The notes under the pieces are model-generated. The model was not told the DNA's origin. It searched no databases and saw nothing but the letters and a program-made list of their open reading frames with translations. From Callorhinchus milii (lineage: Eukaryota), in the NCBI RefSeq assembly GCF_018977255.1, contig NW_024704743.1, positions 75,084,001 through 75,148,000 of the forward strand: a DNA stretch of 64,000 bases, in the 5' to 3' direction. The position numbers and the translations under genes are program-made. Below, one piece after another: positions 63,970-64,000 of this stretch. Within the stretch, counting starts at the first letter, position 1. Each line of letters opens with the position of its first letter.

Positions 63970-64000
63970 TCACTCATCTTCAAGCCACCAAGTACTCCTG

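Noticed and set aside
1..64000. Global strand bias of SINEs/LINEs indicating host transcription direction
   Set aside because: Both orientations are common; any excess by eye is too small to call

Overview
Eukaryotic, repeat-dense, apparently non-coding DNA (intron or gene desert). The repeat repertoire (Deu-domain tRNA SINEs resembling shark SacSINE1, plus L2 and CR1 LINEs) points by inference to a cartilaginous fish. I found no host protein-coding exon. Every recognisable ORF is a broken L2 or CR1 reverse-transcriptase/endonuclease fragment or its antisense shadow. Contents: about 15 L2 fragments of two subfamilies; two 1.2-1.9 kb CR1 copies plus older CR1 relics; two tRNA-derived SINE families with different heads but a shared 3' half and L2-type tail; three non-autonomous hAT-like elements; five same-strand fragments of an old repeat I cannot classify; a local inverted duplication; and several repeat-free islands rich in homeodomain sites that look like conserved enhancers. 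I see no evidence for a new protein-based system. The best novelty candidates are the modular SINE/L2 system (head, core and tail-loop variants) and the unclassified repeat. Alignments were done by eye, so boundaries are approximate, and family names come from remembered consensus motifs, not from a database search.
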